DNA of 64,000 nucleotides, taken from the NCBI GenBank assembly GCA_045546615.1, contig JAZQDD010000013.1, positions 2,879-66,878 of the forward strand, in the 5' to 3' direction. Shown here one piece after another: positions 55,226 through 64,000 of this stretch. The first letter of the stretch is position 1. Every line of letters begins with the position of its first letter. Position numbers and translations under genes: made by a program. The DNA comes from Eubacteriales bacterium. Its GTDB lineage: Bacteria; Bacillota; Clostridia; Oscillospirales; CAG-272. Under the pieces are notes generated by a model that ran no database searches, had not been told where the DNA came from, and worked only from the letters and a program-made list of their open reading frames with translations.

Positions 55226-55945
55226 ATGAATTGGATTTTTGATATTCTTTTAGTCGTTATTTTCGCTCTGATCGTTTTTGTTGATACAAAACGCGGTTTT
55301 GTCAAGGCTGTTTGGGGATTCGCGAGAGCCGCGGCGTCCGTTATACTGTCTTTAATGTTCGGAAGCGCAGTAGGTTTGCTTTTTAACAAGATATTCGTCC
55401 TTAATACCGTTACGAATACAGTCTACGCTGCTCTTGAACCGGTAATCGGTCTTACCAACGGTTCATATAATATTTCGGCGGCATTTGAAGGAAACGCGGG
55501 TTTTGCAGATCTTTTGTCGCGCTTTGGCGTTACTGCTGAGAGTCTGCAGGCAAAATACGGCGAGGTTGCTAACGCTACACAGGACACTCTCCGTGAGATG
55601 GCTGAGTTTATTGCCAAGCCCATAGCTGATACGCTTTCCACTATCCTTGGATTCGTCGTTGTCTTTTTCGTTTCTATGATAGCTCTTTATATAGTCGGCA
55701 AGGTTGTTGACTTGCTTGCAAAGCTCCCTGTTATAAAGACTCTCAACTCATTCCTCGGAGCTGTTTTTGGCGCGGCAAGCGGCTTTATCTACATATGGAT
55801 AATTTGTCTTGTTCTCAGCATGGTTATTGAATATAGAGTCGCAGGTCAAACAACGGACAGCCTTGTGCTTATGGTAAGAGATTCACATTTGTTTAACTTC
55901 TTTTGCAAGTTTTCGCCGGTCGATTTTATCCATATAGGTTTATGA
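55226..55945 (+). CDS. cvpA: CvpA family membrane protein
   Basis: ORF trimmed to MNWIFDILLVVIFALIVFVDTKRGF (ATG 55226). 4 TM helices, typical CvpA N-terminus. Confidence 0.7.
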   Translation: MNWIFDILLVVIFALIVFVDTKRGFVKAVWGFARAAASVILSLMFGSAVGLLFNKIFVLNTVTNTVYAALEPVIGLTNGSYNISAAFEGNAGFADLLSRFGVTAESLQAKYGEVANATQDTLREMAEFIAKPIADTLSTILGFVVVFFVSMIALYIVGKVVDLLAKLPVIKTLNSFLGAVFGAASGFIYIWIICLVLSMVIEYRVAGQTTDSLVLMVRDSHLFNFFCKFSPVDFIHIGL

Positions 55946-55984
55946 TGATTTGATCCCGAGTGGGAAAGGAAAGTGTTTTAAGTA

Positions 55985-58300
55985 ATGATCAAATGTTCAA
56001 GATGCAAGAAACGTCTTGCAATGATTTTCGTGACAAAAATGGAGGGCGGAGAAAAAAAGACGGAGGGGCTTTGTATGCACTGCGCCCGAGAGCTGGGGCT
56101 CCCTATCGAGGATATGATGGGGGATCACCTCAAAAAAATGGGACTCACTCCGGAGCAGATGGAGGAGCTTGAGGATAATGTTACCGAGTATTCTGATAAT
56201 ATAGAGGAGCTGACATCCGACGACGAGGCACCCGTGCTCGGTGATGATGGCGGCGCTACTTCCATCGATATGCAAAAGCTGTTTTCCTCTGCTTTTGGTT
56301 CTCTCGATGAGAAAAAAGAGCCTGAAAAAAAGGATAAGGAAAAGAAAAACGGCAAAAAGGAAAAGGACGGGAAAAACGGTAGGGAATTTCTTGATAAATA
56401 TTGCAAGAATCTTACCGAGATAGCCCGTCGCGGCGGACTTGACCGCATAGTGGGCAGAAAGAATGAGCTTGCCCGCGTTATTCAGATACTTTGCCGCCGT
56501 CAGAAGAATAACCCCTGCCTTATCGGTGAGCCGGGCGTAGGTAAAACCGCCGTAGCTGAGGCTCTGGCGCAAAAGATCGCGGCGGGAGACGTTCCTTACC
56601 GCCTCAAGGGAATGGAGCTGTATCTTGTCGACCTTACCGCCATTGTTGCAGGTACGCAGTTCAGAGGTCAGTTTGAACAAAGAATGCTTACTCTTATCAA
56701 CGAGGTAAAGGCGGCGGGAAATATCATTCTCGTTATTGATGAGGTTCATAATATTGTCGGTGCGGGTGATGCCGAGGGTAGCATAAACGCCGCCAATATT
56801 CTAAAGCCCGCACTCTCGCGCGGAGAAATAAGGGTCGTCGGCGCAACTACGCTCAAGGAGTATCGAAAGTATATCGAGAAGGACTCTGCGCTCGAGAGGC
56901 GTTTTCAGCCCGTTATGATAAACGAACCGTCCGTTGAGGAAGCGGTAGAGATGCTTCGCGGAATCAAGCATTACTACGAGGAATATCACCGCATCAGCGT
57001 TCCCGATGACGTGCTTCGCCGCACCGTCACGCTTTCCGAGCGTTATATTACCGACAGATATCTCCCCGACAAGGCAATAGACCTGCTTGACGAGGCGGCA
57101 TCACAGCTTTCGCTTTCAAGTGCGGTCATTAATGAATCGTACGAGATCCGCGCAGAGCTTCTCAAGCTGAAAAAACAGCGCGAGGAAGCAGAGGCGGAGG
57201 TTGATAATAACGAAAATAAAAAGTATGAGATAATAGCTACGCTTCGTTCAAAGGAGCTTTCGCTTTCCGACCGCCTTGCTTTGCTTGAATCCGATGGCAA
57301 CAAGGTCGTAATGACTCTGGAAAATCTTGCCGGCGTTATAGAGATATGGACGGGAATTCCAGCCACTTCCATTAAGGAAAACGAGTTTGAGAGAATAAAC
57401 CGCCTTGACGAAAGATTGAAAGCGCGTATTGTTGGACAGGATGCGGCGGTAGATGCCGTCAGCCGTGCCATCAAACGCAGCCGCGCTGGCATTTCCTATA
57501 AGAGAAAGCCTGTTTCGTTTATTTTTGCAGGGCCTACGGGCGTTGGTAAGACCGAGCTTGTAAAGGTGCTTGCGGCAGACCTTTTCAGTACCCCCGAAAC
57601 GCTTATTCGCTTTGATATGTCGGAGTTTATGGAAAAGCACACGGTGTCAAGGCTCATCGGATCGCCCCCCGGATACGTCGGCTACGATGAGGCAGGTCAG
57701 CTTACCGAAAAGATCAGGCGCAGACCTTATTCCGTGGTTTTGTTTGACGAAATAGAAAAAGCCCATCCCGACGTGCTTAACATCCTGCTCCAGATACTTG
57801 ATGACGGCAGAATAACAGATGCGCAGGGACGTACCGTAAACTTTGAAAATACAGTCATCGTTATGACCACAAACGCAGGCTCAACAGGCTCTGCCGCCGC
57901 ACTCGGCTTTACTGCATCCGCCAAGGAAGCGGAGAAGAACAAGACCGAAAAGGCTCTGCTTTCGTTTTTACGCCCTGAATTTGTGAACCGTGTTGACGAA
58001 GTCATAACCTTCAATGCGCTGTCTCGCGAAAACTTTACGGAGATCGCCGCAATTATGCTTTCTGACCTTGCGGGTGTTTTAAGAGATAAGGGCATAGCAC
58101 TGACCTTCACGCGCCCCGCCGCCGAGCTTGTGGCTGAAAGCTCCTATTCAGTCAAGTACGGCGCGCGCAATATGCGCCGTTTCATCAGCCGCGAGATCGA
58201 GGATAAGATCGCGAACGAGATCATCTCGGGCTATGGTAAACAGATAACAAACGTAAAGGTGTCTGTTTTTGAGGGCGCAATAAAAGTAGAATGTAATTAA
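55985..58300 (+). CDS. clpE: ClpE-like Clp/Hsp100 ATPase with N-terminal zinc ribbon instead of Clp_N repeats
   Basis: CSRCKK...CMHCAREL zinc ribbon, then acidic and K/E-rich linker. GEPGVGKTA and GPTGVGKT Walker A motifs. [10 protein letters not shown]-terminus. Confidence 0.8.
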   Translation: MIKCSRCKKRLAMIFVTKMEGGEKKTEGLCMHCARELGLPIEDMMGDHLKKMGLTPEQMEELEDNVTEYSDNIEELTSDDEAPVLGDDGGATSIDMQKLFSSAFGSLDEKKEPEKKDKEKKNGKKEKDGKNGREFLDKYCKNLTEIARRGGLDRIVGRKNELARVIQILCRRQKNNPCLIGEPGVGKTAVAEALAQKIAAGDVPYRLKGMELYLVDLTAIVAGTQFRGQFEQRMLTLINEVKAAGNIILVIDEVHNIVGAGDAEGSINAANILKPALSRGEIRVVGATTLKEYRKYIEKDSALERRFQPVMINEPSVEEAVEMLRGIKHYYEEYHRISVPDDVLRRTVTLSERYITDRYLPDKAIDLLDEAASQLSLSSAVINESYEIRAELLKLKKQREEAEAEVDNNENKKYEIIATLRSKELSLSDRLALLESDGNKVVMTLENLAGVIEIWTGIPATSIKENEFERINRLDERLKARIVGQDAAVDAVSRAIKRSRAGISYKRKPVSFIFAGPTGVGKTELVKVLAADLFSTPETLIRFDMSEFMEKHTVSRLIGSPPGYVGYDEAGQLTEKIRRRPYSVVLFDEIEKAHPDVLNILLQILDDGRITDAQGRTVNFENTVIVMTTNAGSTGSAAALGFTASAKEAEKNKTEKALLSFLRPEFVNRVDEVITFNALSRENFTEIAAIMLSDLAGVLRDKGIALTFTRPAAELVAESSYSVKYGARNMRRFISREIEDKIANEIISGYGKQITNVKVSVFEGAIKVECN

Positions 58301-58316
58301 ATTTTAAGGAATCAAA

Positions 58317-60998
58317 ATGGAGTCTTGGCAGCGTTTTACCGCCGAGGAGGCGGCACGAAAACTGAATACAGATATTTCGCTGGGACGCACATCAGAGAAG
58401 AAGCGACCGCCGCGCAAGCGCAGAGAATCGGTCTTTCTTTTGCCGCGCGCGGATATTCGTGAATGCGTTATGTCAACTATGACGGATGCGGCGGTTATGA
58501 TATTTTTTATCACCGCCGTTGTGTCTATGCTTGTCGGAGAATTGCGCGAGTCAGCGATGGCGCTCGCGGTGCTTTTGACGGCATGCATGATTGCGGGATA
58601 TATGAAATTTTCATCTCGCATCAAGCTCTTTCGCCTTGCGGAGAAAATGCTCCCTACGGTGAATCTGCTGTCAGAGGGCAATGTTAGAACTGCTGATTCT
58701 CGCGATATTTCAGTCGGAGACGTGATCATTCTTTTACGTGGTGACGTAGTTCCCGCGGATTGCCGACTCATTCGCTCGTCTCACCTTAAAACAATTGAGT
58801 ATTTTACCGATGTGGCAACGGCAAAACGCCGCGCGCGAGTGCTCGAAAAAAATGCCAACACCGTGTATGGCGACTCTGACGAGCGCGAGAGCTATGATAA
58901 CATGATATACGCAGGCTCTACGATCGTCTCGGGTAAATGCAAGGCTTTAGTCGTTGCTATCGGAAAGGATACTCGCGCGGCCATGATCGATTCGGGGATA
59001 CCGCTTACACCTGACGAGCCAATGCCGCCGTCGGTTGTTGCGTTCTCGAAGCGCGGTCGCGGCTTTGCCACGGCTATGCTCATAGCGGTATTGCCCATTA
59101 CCATAATCGGTACGGTTTGCCAGCCGCAGGATGGGCTCGGTATAGTAAGTGTGTTTTTTCTTGCTGTCGCTCTGTCGCTTACATCATTCAGTGAAATTTC
59201 TGCCTCTGCCGCAGAAAGCATAGTTTTGGGCAGTCTGTCCGAAATCGAGGACGGGGCGCGTATTGCCATCGCCTCAAGATCTGATGCGCTCGCGCAGACG
59301 GATACTTTGCTTATACTATGCGAATCAGCAGTTCTCGATACGGAGCGGCATATTCGCCGTATTTTTTGGAACGGTGCGGACAAGAGAGGTTCTTTGACAT
59401 CGGGGGCAATGAAGCCGCTTGCCGAGAAGCTTGATAAATTGATCGCCGCCGCAGAACTTATGAGGGCAAATGCGCCCATCGCGGATGCGGATGCTTTTTC
59501 CGCTTATGTAAAAAGCATGGGGATAAGCCGCAAATGGAATATAAGCGAGGGAAAAAGTTCTACTCCTCGTATTGATTTCCCATCCGCAGGCGCATTTTCC
59601 GCCGTTGTTATTGATGAAAAGACAGCCCCCGTCAGCAAAGAAATAATTTCCTGCGCGCAGAATGCGGCATTGATACGTAATTGCCGCAAATACCGTTCGT
59701 CAAAGGGCGATATCAAGCCGCTGGATCAGCCCACGGCGCTGAAGGCTGTGGCGGAGTTTAACAAGTATCGCAGTCTCGGTCTGTCTCCGTATACTATTGC
59801 ATCAACAGTATCATCATCAGAGGGAATGGTGTTTGAGGGGATCATTGCCGTTGGTATCGCTGTTCCCGAACACAACAAAGCGTCTGTTGATGCACTCAGA
59901 AGCGTAGGAGTGCGCCCTATCTTCATTATGCCCGAAGAAAATGAGGAAAGCGTTTTTGCGGCTCAATCATGCGGTATAGCTGATCCTTCATTCGCAGACG
60001 GCGGTATCGCTATAGCGAGCCAATTTCCCGACGGCGCGAACATGGAACAGCTCGTCGCTTCCTGCTCGGTTTTTGTTGGATTTGGTAAAAAAGGTACTGC
60101 GGAAATATCCCGTGTCCTTGCCGAAAAGGGCGCAAAGTCTGCGGCAATAGTGCTTGATTCGTTTGATCTGCGCGATGTTGCTCCGAATACTTCTGCTATT
60201 TCAATCGATGGCGAGTCTCCCGATTCAGCGCGTCTTTCCGCATCTGCCGCCGTAAGATCGGCGGACCGCAATAATAAAAAAAGCGGGTTCGGAATGTTTT
60301 TTGCCATCGTAAGTGCGACGCGAAACGCCAAAGCAAGGCTAAAAGCCTGCGGAGAATATTTTACCACCTGCGCCGCGTTCAGAGCGGTGTTTGCCCTGTT
60401 GCCCGTCGTCTCCGGCTTGCCGACGGCTGTGCCGTCCGTTCCGTTGATTTTGTTGACGGGGCTGTTTGGCGATATTGCCGCTGTGTGCGTTCTTGCCGGT
60501 GCGGCGAATGCTCCGACGCCGAGATACAATGTGCCTCAAACTAATGAAAAGACGGATGTGATATCCCGTCTGCTTTCTGTATGCGGAGGTCTTTTTGTCG
60601 GCTCGGCAACAAGCGGTATAGGTATGATCCTTGCCGCAAACGGGGTATTATGGACGGAATCATACGCTTCGTATGCTTTGCCCACCGTTTGCTTTGTTCA
60701 GCTATCGGTTCTCGGCGTTTCTCTTTACAAATCACGTGCCAAAGTTTTCGGAACTCCGTTTGTAGTTTATGCCATTGTAAATTCACTCGTGTGTGTAATC
60801 CCATATACTATTGCATATTTCACCGCGCCGTCTGCAATGTTATCGCTCATTTCAATATTCTTCGGCTTGGCTTCGGCGCACAAGCTGGTTATGCTTTGCG
60901 CACCCGTAAGTGCGCTCTTCACCGCCGCAGTTCTGCTGTTTGCTCAAAAACTGATAAGCGGAGCTGTAAAGTCAGGTTTTATTAAGGATCAAGCCTAA
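58317..60998 (+). CDS. P-type ATPase homologue lacking all catalytic motifs (degenerate / pseudo-enzyme)
   Basis: Cation_ATPase_N-like start and the VGDVIILLRGDVVPADCRLI block. The DKTGT site reads CESAVLD (Ser codon 59325-59327). No TGES, PEGL, TGD or GDGxND. 10-TM layout retained. Confidence 0.7.
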   Translation: MESWQRFTAEEAARKLNTDISLGRTSEKKRPPRKRRESVFLLPRADIRECVMSTMTDAAVMIFFITAVVSMLVGELRESAMALAVLLTACMIAGYMKFSSRIKLFRLAEKMLPTVNLLSEGNVRTADSRDISVGDVIILLRGDVVPADCRLIRSSHLKTIEYFTDVATAKRRARVLEKNANTVYGDSDERESYDNMIYAGSTIVSGKCKALVVAIGKDTRAAMIDSGIPLTPDEPMPPSVVAFSKRGRGFATAMLIAVLPITIIGTVCQPQDGLGIVSVFFLAVALSLTSFSEISASAAESIVLGSLSEIEDGARIAIASRSDALAQTDTLLILCESAVLDTERHIRRIFWNGADKRGSLTSGAMKPLAEKLDKLIAAAELMRANAPIADADAFSAYVKSMGISRKWNISEGKSSTPRIDFPSAGAFSAVVIDEKTAPVSKEIISCAQNAALIRNCRKYRSSKGDIKPLDQPTALKAVAEFNKYRSLGLSPYTIASTVSSSEGMVFEGIIAVGIAVPEHNKASVDALRSVGVRPIFIMPEENEESVFAAQSCGIADPSFADGGIAIASQFPDGANMEQLVASCSVFVGFGKKGTAEISRVLAEKGAKSAAIVLDSFDLRDVAPNTSAISIDGESPDSARLSASAAVRSADRNNKKSGFGMFFAIVSATRNAKARLKACGEYFTTCAAFRAVFALLPVVSGLPTAVPSVPLILLTGLFGDIAAVCVLAGAANAPTPRYNVPQTNEKTDVISRLLSVCGGLFVGSATSGIGMILAANGVLWTESYASYALPTVCFVQLSVLGVSLYKSRAKVFGTPFVVYAIVNSLVCVIPYTIAYFTAPSAMLSLISIFFGLASAHKLVMLCAPVSALFTAAVLLFAQKLISGAVKSGFIKDQA

Positions 60999-61039
60999 TA
61001 TTTGTATTGCCGCCATATAATTCTTGTGGAGGTGATACG

Positions 61040-61345
61040 GTGAAGAGAATGAACACGGCGTGCCTTAGGGAAAAGGACGTAATAAATCTTTGCGGAGGTG
61101 TTGTGCTCGGCAACGTGTGCGACATTGAGTTTGACGCTTGTGACGGAAAAATATGCGCTTTGCTCGTAGGGAAGGAGCGCGGACTTTTTTGCTTTGGTAA
61201 AGATTCTATGTATGTGATTCCATGGTGCAGGATCGAATGCATCGGTGAAGATGCCGTGCTTGTAAGAGTGCCCGAGGGGGAGCTTTGCGCACTTTCCGAT
61301 GAAAAAAAACGCTCGGGAGACAGTGACGGCTTTTTCAAAATGTAA
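61040..61345 (+). CDS. YlmC/YmxH family sporulation protein (PRC-barrel)
   Basis: LREKDVINLCGGVVLGNVCDIEFDACDGKICALLV...VIPWCRIECIGEDAVLV. GTG 61040 lies after GGAGGTGA; an alternative ATG is at 61049. Confidence 0.75.
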   Translation: MKRMNTACLREKDVINLCGGVVLGNVCDIEFDACDGKICALLVGKERGLFCFGKDSMYVIPWCRIECIGEDAVLVRVPEGELCALSDEKKRSGDSDGFFKM

Positions 61346-61372
61346 ATTTTTTGTTAACACGCAAAAAGTATC

Positions 61373-61401
61373 TTGCAATATTGTAAATATTGTGGTATAA
61401 T
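61373..61401 (+). promoter_or_regulatory. promoter of rpsB-tsf
   Basis: TTGCAA 61373-61378, 17 nt, TGGTATAAT with TATAAT at 61396-61401. Confidence 0.6.
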
Positions 61402-61540
61402 CCCAATGTTTGCGTCGGACTTAATGGTGGACGGCGCAATAAAAAACACACACGGTGACCGCAGGGGTCACGGTGCCTGCCGCGCGGCAGGTCGGTCTCT
61501 TTTTCACCGTGGTGGAAAAACCAAAAAGGAGGACATTAAA
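61402..61540 (+). promoter_or_regulatory. GC-rich structured 5' leader of rpsB
   Basis: Hairpins GTGACC/GGTCAC (61455-61471) and CCTGC...GCAGG (61476-61491) are followed by a T5 run (61499-61503). CACGGTG occurs twice (61451-57 and 61469-75), with its complement CACCGTG at 61505-61511. Confidence 0.35.
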
Positions 61541-62281
61541 ATGTCAGTTATCACCATCAAGCAGCTGCTTGAAGCAGGCGTCCATTTCGGACACCACACA
61601 AGAAGATGGAACCCTAAAATGCAGGAGTACATCTACACCGAGAGAAACGGTATCTACATCATCGACCTTCAGAAGACCGTTAAGAAGTTTGAGGAGGCTT
61701 ATATGTTCATTCGTGACGTAGCGGCTTCCGGTAAGAACGTTCTTTTTGTAGGCACCAAGAAGCAGGCTGCCGACGCCATCAAGGAAGAGGCAGAGAGATG
61801 CGGCATGTACTACGTTAACGTACGTTGGCCCGGCGGAATGATGACCAACTTCAAGACCATCAAGAAGTCCATCAGTCGTCTTAACAGCCTTGCTAAGATG
61901 AGCGAGGACGGAACGTTCGATATGCTCCCCAAGAAGGAAGCTGCCGCACGCCAGAAGGAAATGCTCGACCTCGAGAAGAACTACGGCGGTATCAGAACCA
62001 TGACCGAACTTCCTGCTGCTGTTTTCATCGTTGACCCCAAGAAGGAAGCTAATGCCGTTAAGGAAGCTAAGAAGCTCGGTATCCCCGTTGTTGCTATCGT
62101 TGATACCAACTGCGATCCCGATGATGCTGATTACATCATTCCCGGTAACGATGACGCTATTCGCGCTATCAAGCTCATCTCCCACGTTCTCGCTGATGCT
62201 GTTATCGAGGGCAATCAGGGTGAGCAGACCGCTCCCGAGGCAGAGGAAGCAGTAGAGGCTGCTGAGGCTGACGCAGAGTAA
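61541..62281 (+). CDS. rpsB: 30S ribosomal protein S2
   Basis: ORF 61373..62281 trimmed to [27 protein letters not shown] (ATG 61541, AAAGGAGG RBS). Confidence 0.95.
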   Translation: MSVITIKQLLEAGVHFGHHTRRWNPKMQEYIYTERNGIYIIDLQKTVKKFEEAYMFIRDVAASGKNVLFVGTKKQAADAIKEEAERCGMYYVNVRWPGGMMTNFKTIKKSISRLNSLAKMSEDGTFDMLPKKEAAARQKEMLDLEKNYGGIRTMTELPAAVFIVDPKKEANAVKEAKKLGIPVVAIVDTNCDPDDADYIIPGNDDAIRAIKLISHVLADAVIEGNQGEQTAPEAEEAVEAAEADAE

Positions 62282-62308
62282 TTAAAATAAATTCACAGGA
62301 GAAATAAA

Positions 62309-63229
62309 ATGGCTAATATTACCGCAAAAGACGTTGCCGAGCTTCGCGCAAAGACCGGTATCGGTATGATGGAGTGCAAGAAAGCACTTGTTGAGGCTGA
62401 TGGCGATATGGATAAGGCTCTGAAGATCCTTCGCGAAAGAGGACTTGCAGTTGCCGCTAAGAAGGAAGGCAGAATCGCCGCTGACGGTGTTGTTGCTATC
62501 CTTAAGAATGGAACTACTACCGCTATGATCGAGGTTAACTCCGAGACTGACTTCGTTGCAAAGAACGAGACTTTCCGCGCATTCGTTAACACTCTTCTTG
62601 AGGTTATCGTTGCCAGCAAGCCCGCCAACATTGACGAGCTTCTTGCCGCTGATTGCGGCGGCGTTACCGTTGATGCAAAGCTCAAGGAAATGATCTTCAC
62701 CATCGGTGAAAAGATCAGCATCCGCCGCTTTGTTATCAAAGAGGGTATCACCAGCACTTACGTACACGGAAATGGTGTAGCAGGCGTTATCGTTCGTTTT
62801 GAGACCGATGCTGATACCACTTCTGATGCTTTCGCGAAGCTCTCCAAGAACATCGCTCTCCAGATCGCAGCAGGAAGCCCTCCCACCTACGTAAGCCGCG
62901 AGGACGTTCCCGCAGCAGTTCTCGAGGAAGAGAAGAACATTCAAGTTGCAGCTCTTAAGAACGATCCTAAGAACGCAGGTAAGCCCGACAACATTCTCGA
63001 GAAGATAGTTCTCGGTAGAATGGGCAAGTTCTACGAGGCAGCATGTCTGCTTGATCAGTCCTACATTCTTGACGATGATCTTTCCGTTGGCAAGTACATC
63101 GATGTAGCATCCAAGGAACTCGGCGCATCCGTTAAGGTTGTTGACTTCGTTCTTTACGAGAAGGGTGAAGGCATCGAAAAGAGAGAGGACAATTTCGCAG
63201 AAGAGATTGCTAAACTCACCGGCAAATAA
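62309..63229 (+). CDS. tsf: translation elongation factor Ts
   Basis: ITAKDVAELRAKTGIGMMECKKALVEADGDMDKALKILRERG UBA-like N-terminus. Confidence 0.95.
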   Translation: MANITAKDVAELRAKTGIGMMECKKALVEADGDMDKALKILRERGLAVAAKKEGRIAADGVVAILKNGTTTAMIEVNSETDFVAKNETFRAFVNTLLEVIVASKPANIDELLAADCGGVTVDAKLKEMIFTIGEKISIRRFVIKEGITSTYVHGNGVAGVIVRFETDADTTSDAFAKLSKNIALQIAAGSPPTYVSREDVPAAVLEEEKNIQVAALKNDPKNAGKPDNILEKIVLGRMGKFYEAACLLDQSYILDDDLSVGKYIDVASKELGASVKVVDFVLYEKGEGIEKREDNFAEEIAKLTGK

Positions 63230-63239
63230 TAAAAATACA

Positions 63240-63278
63240 GCCGCCAAAGCAAAAAAAATGCTTTGGCGGCGATTTTTT
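63240..63278 (+). terminator. intrinsic terminator after tsf
   Basis: GCCGCCAAAGC (63240-63250) pairs with GCTTTGGCGGC (63260-63270), followed by GATTTTTT. Confidence 0.8.
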
Positions 63279-63310
63279 GTACAAAAATCGCCAAAAATTT
63301 AAAATTAGTG

Positions 63311-63339
63311 TTTACAAATCGCTTAAAATATTATAAAAT
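63311..63339 (+). promoter_or_regulatory. promoter of pyrH
   Basis: TTTACA 63311-63316, 17 nt, TAAAAT 63334-63339. It shares TTTACAAATCG..TTAAAA with the promoter at 3127. Confidence 0.45.
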
Positions 63340-63372
63340 ATATAAAGTAATATAATACGAAAGGATCGGATC

Positions 63373-64000
63373 ATGATAAAGAGTAAATATAAAAGAATTT
63401 TGCTGAAACTTTCCGGTGAGGCTATCTCCGGTGAAAACGGTATAATCGATTTTGATTTTCTTGATCGCATTGCCAAAACTCTCATTGAGGCAGTTGAGTC
63501 CGGCGTTGAGGTAGCAGTTATCTTTGGTGCGGGAAATATCTGGCGCGGAAGAAGCGGCGGTGATATGGACAGGGTGACGGCAGACCGAATGGGAATGCTC
63601 GCCACCGTTATAAACTCCCTCGCCGCAAAGGATGCGATAATCCGCGCGGGTGGAAAAGCACTTGTGTTGACTTCTACAATGATGGAGCCATACGCGGAGC
63701 ATTACACCACAGACAGAGCGAATGAAGCGCTTTCTGACGGTAAAATAGTTATTTTTGCGGGCGGAACAGGCAGCCCCTATTTCTCGACTGATACGGCGGG
63801 CATCCTTCGCGCTATTGAGATAAAGGCAGACGTATTCTTGCTTGCCAAGAATATTGATGGTATTTATGACAGTGATCCGAGGCTCGGTGCGGCAAATTTC
63901 CTTGAAAGCGTTTCGTATAGCGAAATGATGAGAATGAATCTCAAGGGAATAGACCTTACCGCTTCTGCAATGGGTTCTGAATTCGGCCCCGAGGCATTTG
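63373..64000 (+). CDS. pyrH: UMP kinase, 3' end cut by window edge
   Basis: My own translation from ATG 63373: MIKSKYKRILLKLSGEAISGE...VIFGAGNIWRG...DRMGMLATVINSLA...FAGGTGSPYFSTDTA. It is absent from the ORF track because no stop codon falls inside the window. Confidence 0.9.
   Translation, partial: MIKSKYKRILLKLSGEAISGENGIIDFDFLDRIAKTLIEAVESGVEVAVIFGAGNIWRGRSGGDMDRVTADRMGMLATVINSLAAKDAIIRAGGKALVLTSTMMEPYAEHYTTDRANEALSDGKIVIFAGGTGSPYFSTDTAGILRAIEIKADVFLLAKNIDGIYDSDPRLGAANFLESVSYSEMMRMNLKGIDLTASAMGSEFGPEAF

Noticed and set aside
61373-61540. 56-codon N-terminal extension of the rpsB ORF ([11 protein letters not shown]...)
   Set aside because: The extension covers the promoter and the structured leader. 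The conserved S2 N-terminus [18 protein letters not shown] starts at ATG 61541, directly after AAAGGAGG.
62282-63247. 321-aa ORF on the minus strand
   Set aside because: It is antisense to tsf. It is a shadow ORF.

Overview
64-kb chromosomal segment that looks like an anaerobic, spore-forming Firmicute of class Clostridia. This placement is inferred from gene content: YlmC/YmxH, ECF transporter, ClpC/ClpE, Re-citrate-synthase-type TCA genes, GGAGG ribosome-binding sites and many TTGACA-17-TATAAT promoters. I call 64 protein genes (two cut by the window edges), one tRNA-Thr(GGU), and a set of intrinsic terminators, promoters and operator-like palindromes. I found no rRNA, CRISPR array, transposase or integrase. 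The first ~3 kb is visibly more AT-rich and carries small XRE regulators. The rest is core metabolism and housekeeping: ruvABC, ecfA1A2T-truA, rpsB-tsf-pyrH, clpC, gdhA. The main finding is a 13-gene, tightly packed plus-strand operon (28059-40904). It encodes an LDH-family dehydrogenase carrying the malate-type Arg, fumarase, HdrB-HdrC-HdrA-MvhD, three Flx-like NAD(P)H/Fe-S subunits, a soluble FrdB/FrdA pair with no membrane anchor, and an AAE-family (SucE-like) transporter. A Rex-like operator overlaps its promoter. I interpret it as a candidate cytoplasmic, flavin-based electron-bifurcating NAD(P)H:fumarate (+ferredoxin) reductase embedded in a complete reductive TCA branch. Secondary observations: an oxidative TCA branch built on a Re-citrate-synthase-like enzyme next to gdhA; a thioredoxin / mini ferredoxin-thioredoxin-reductase pair; a P-type-ATPase homologue that has lost every catalytic motif; a triple palindromic operator at an XRE operon; and an array of GCGAAGC-type mini-hairpins. 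All functional calls rest on by-eye motif recognition. No database search was possible.
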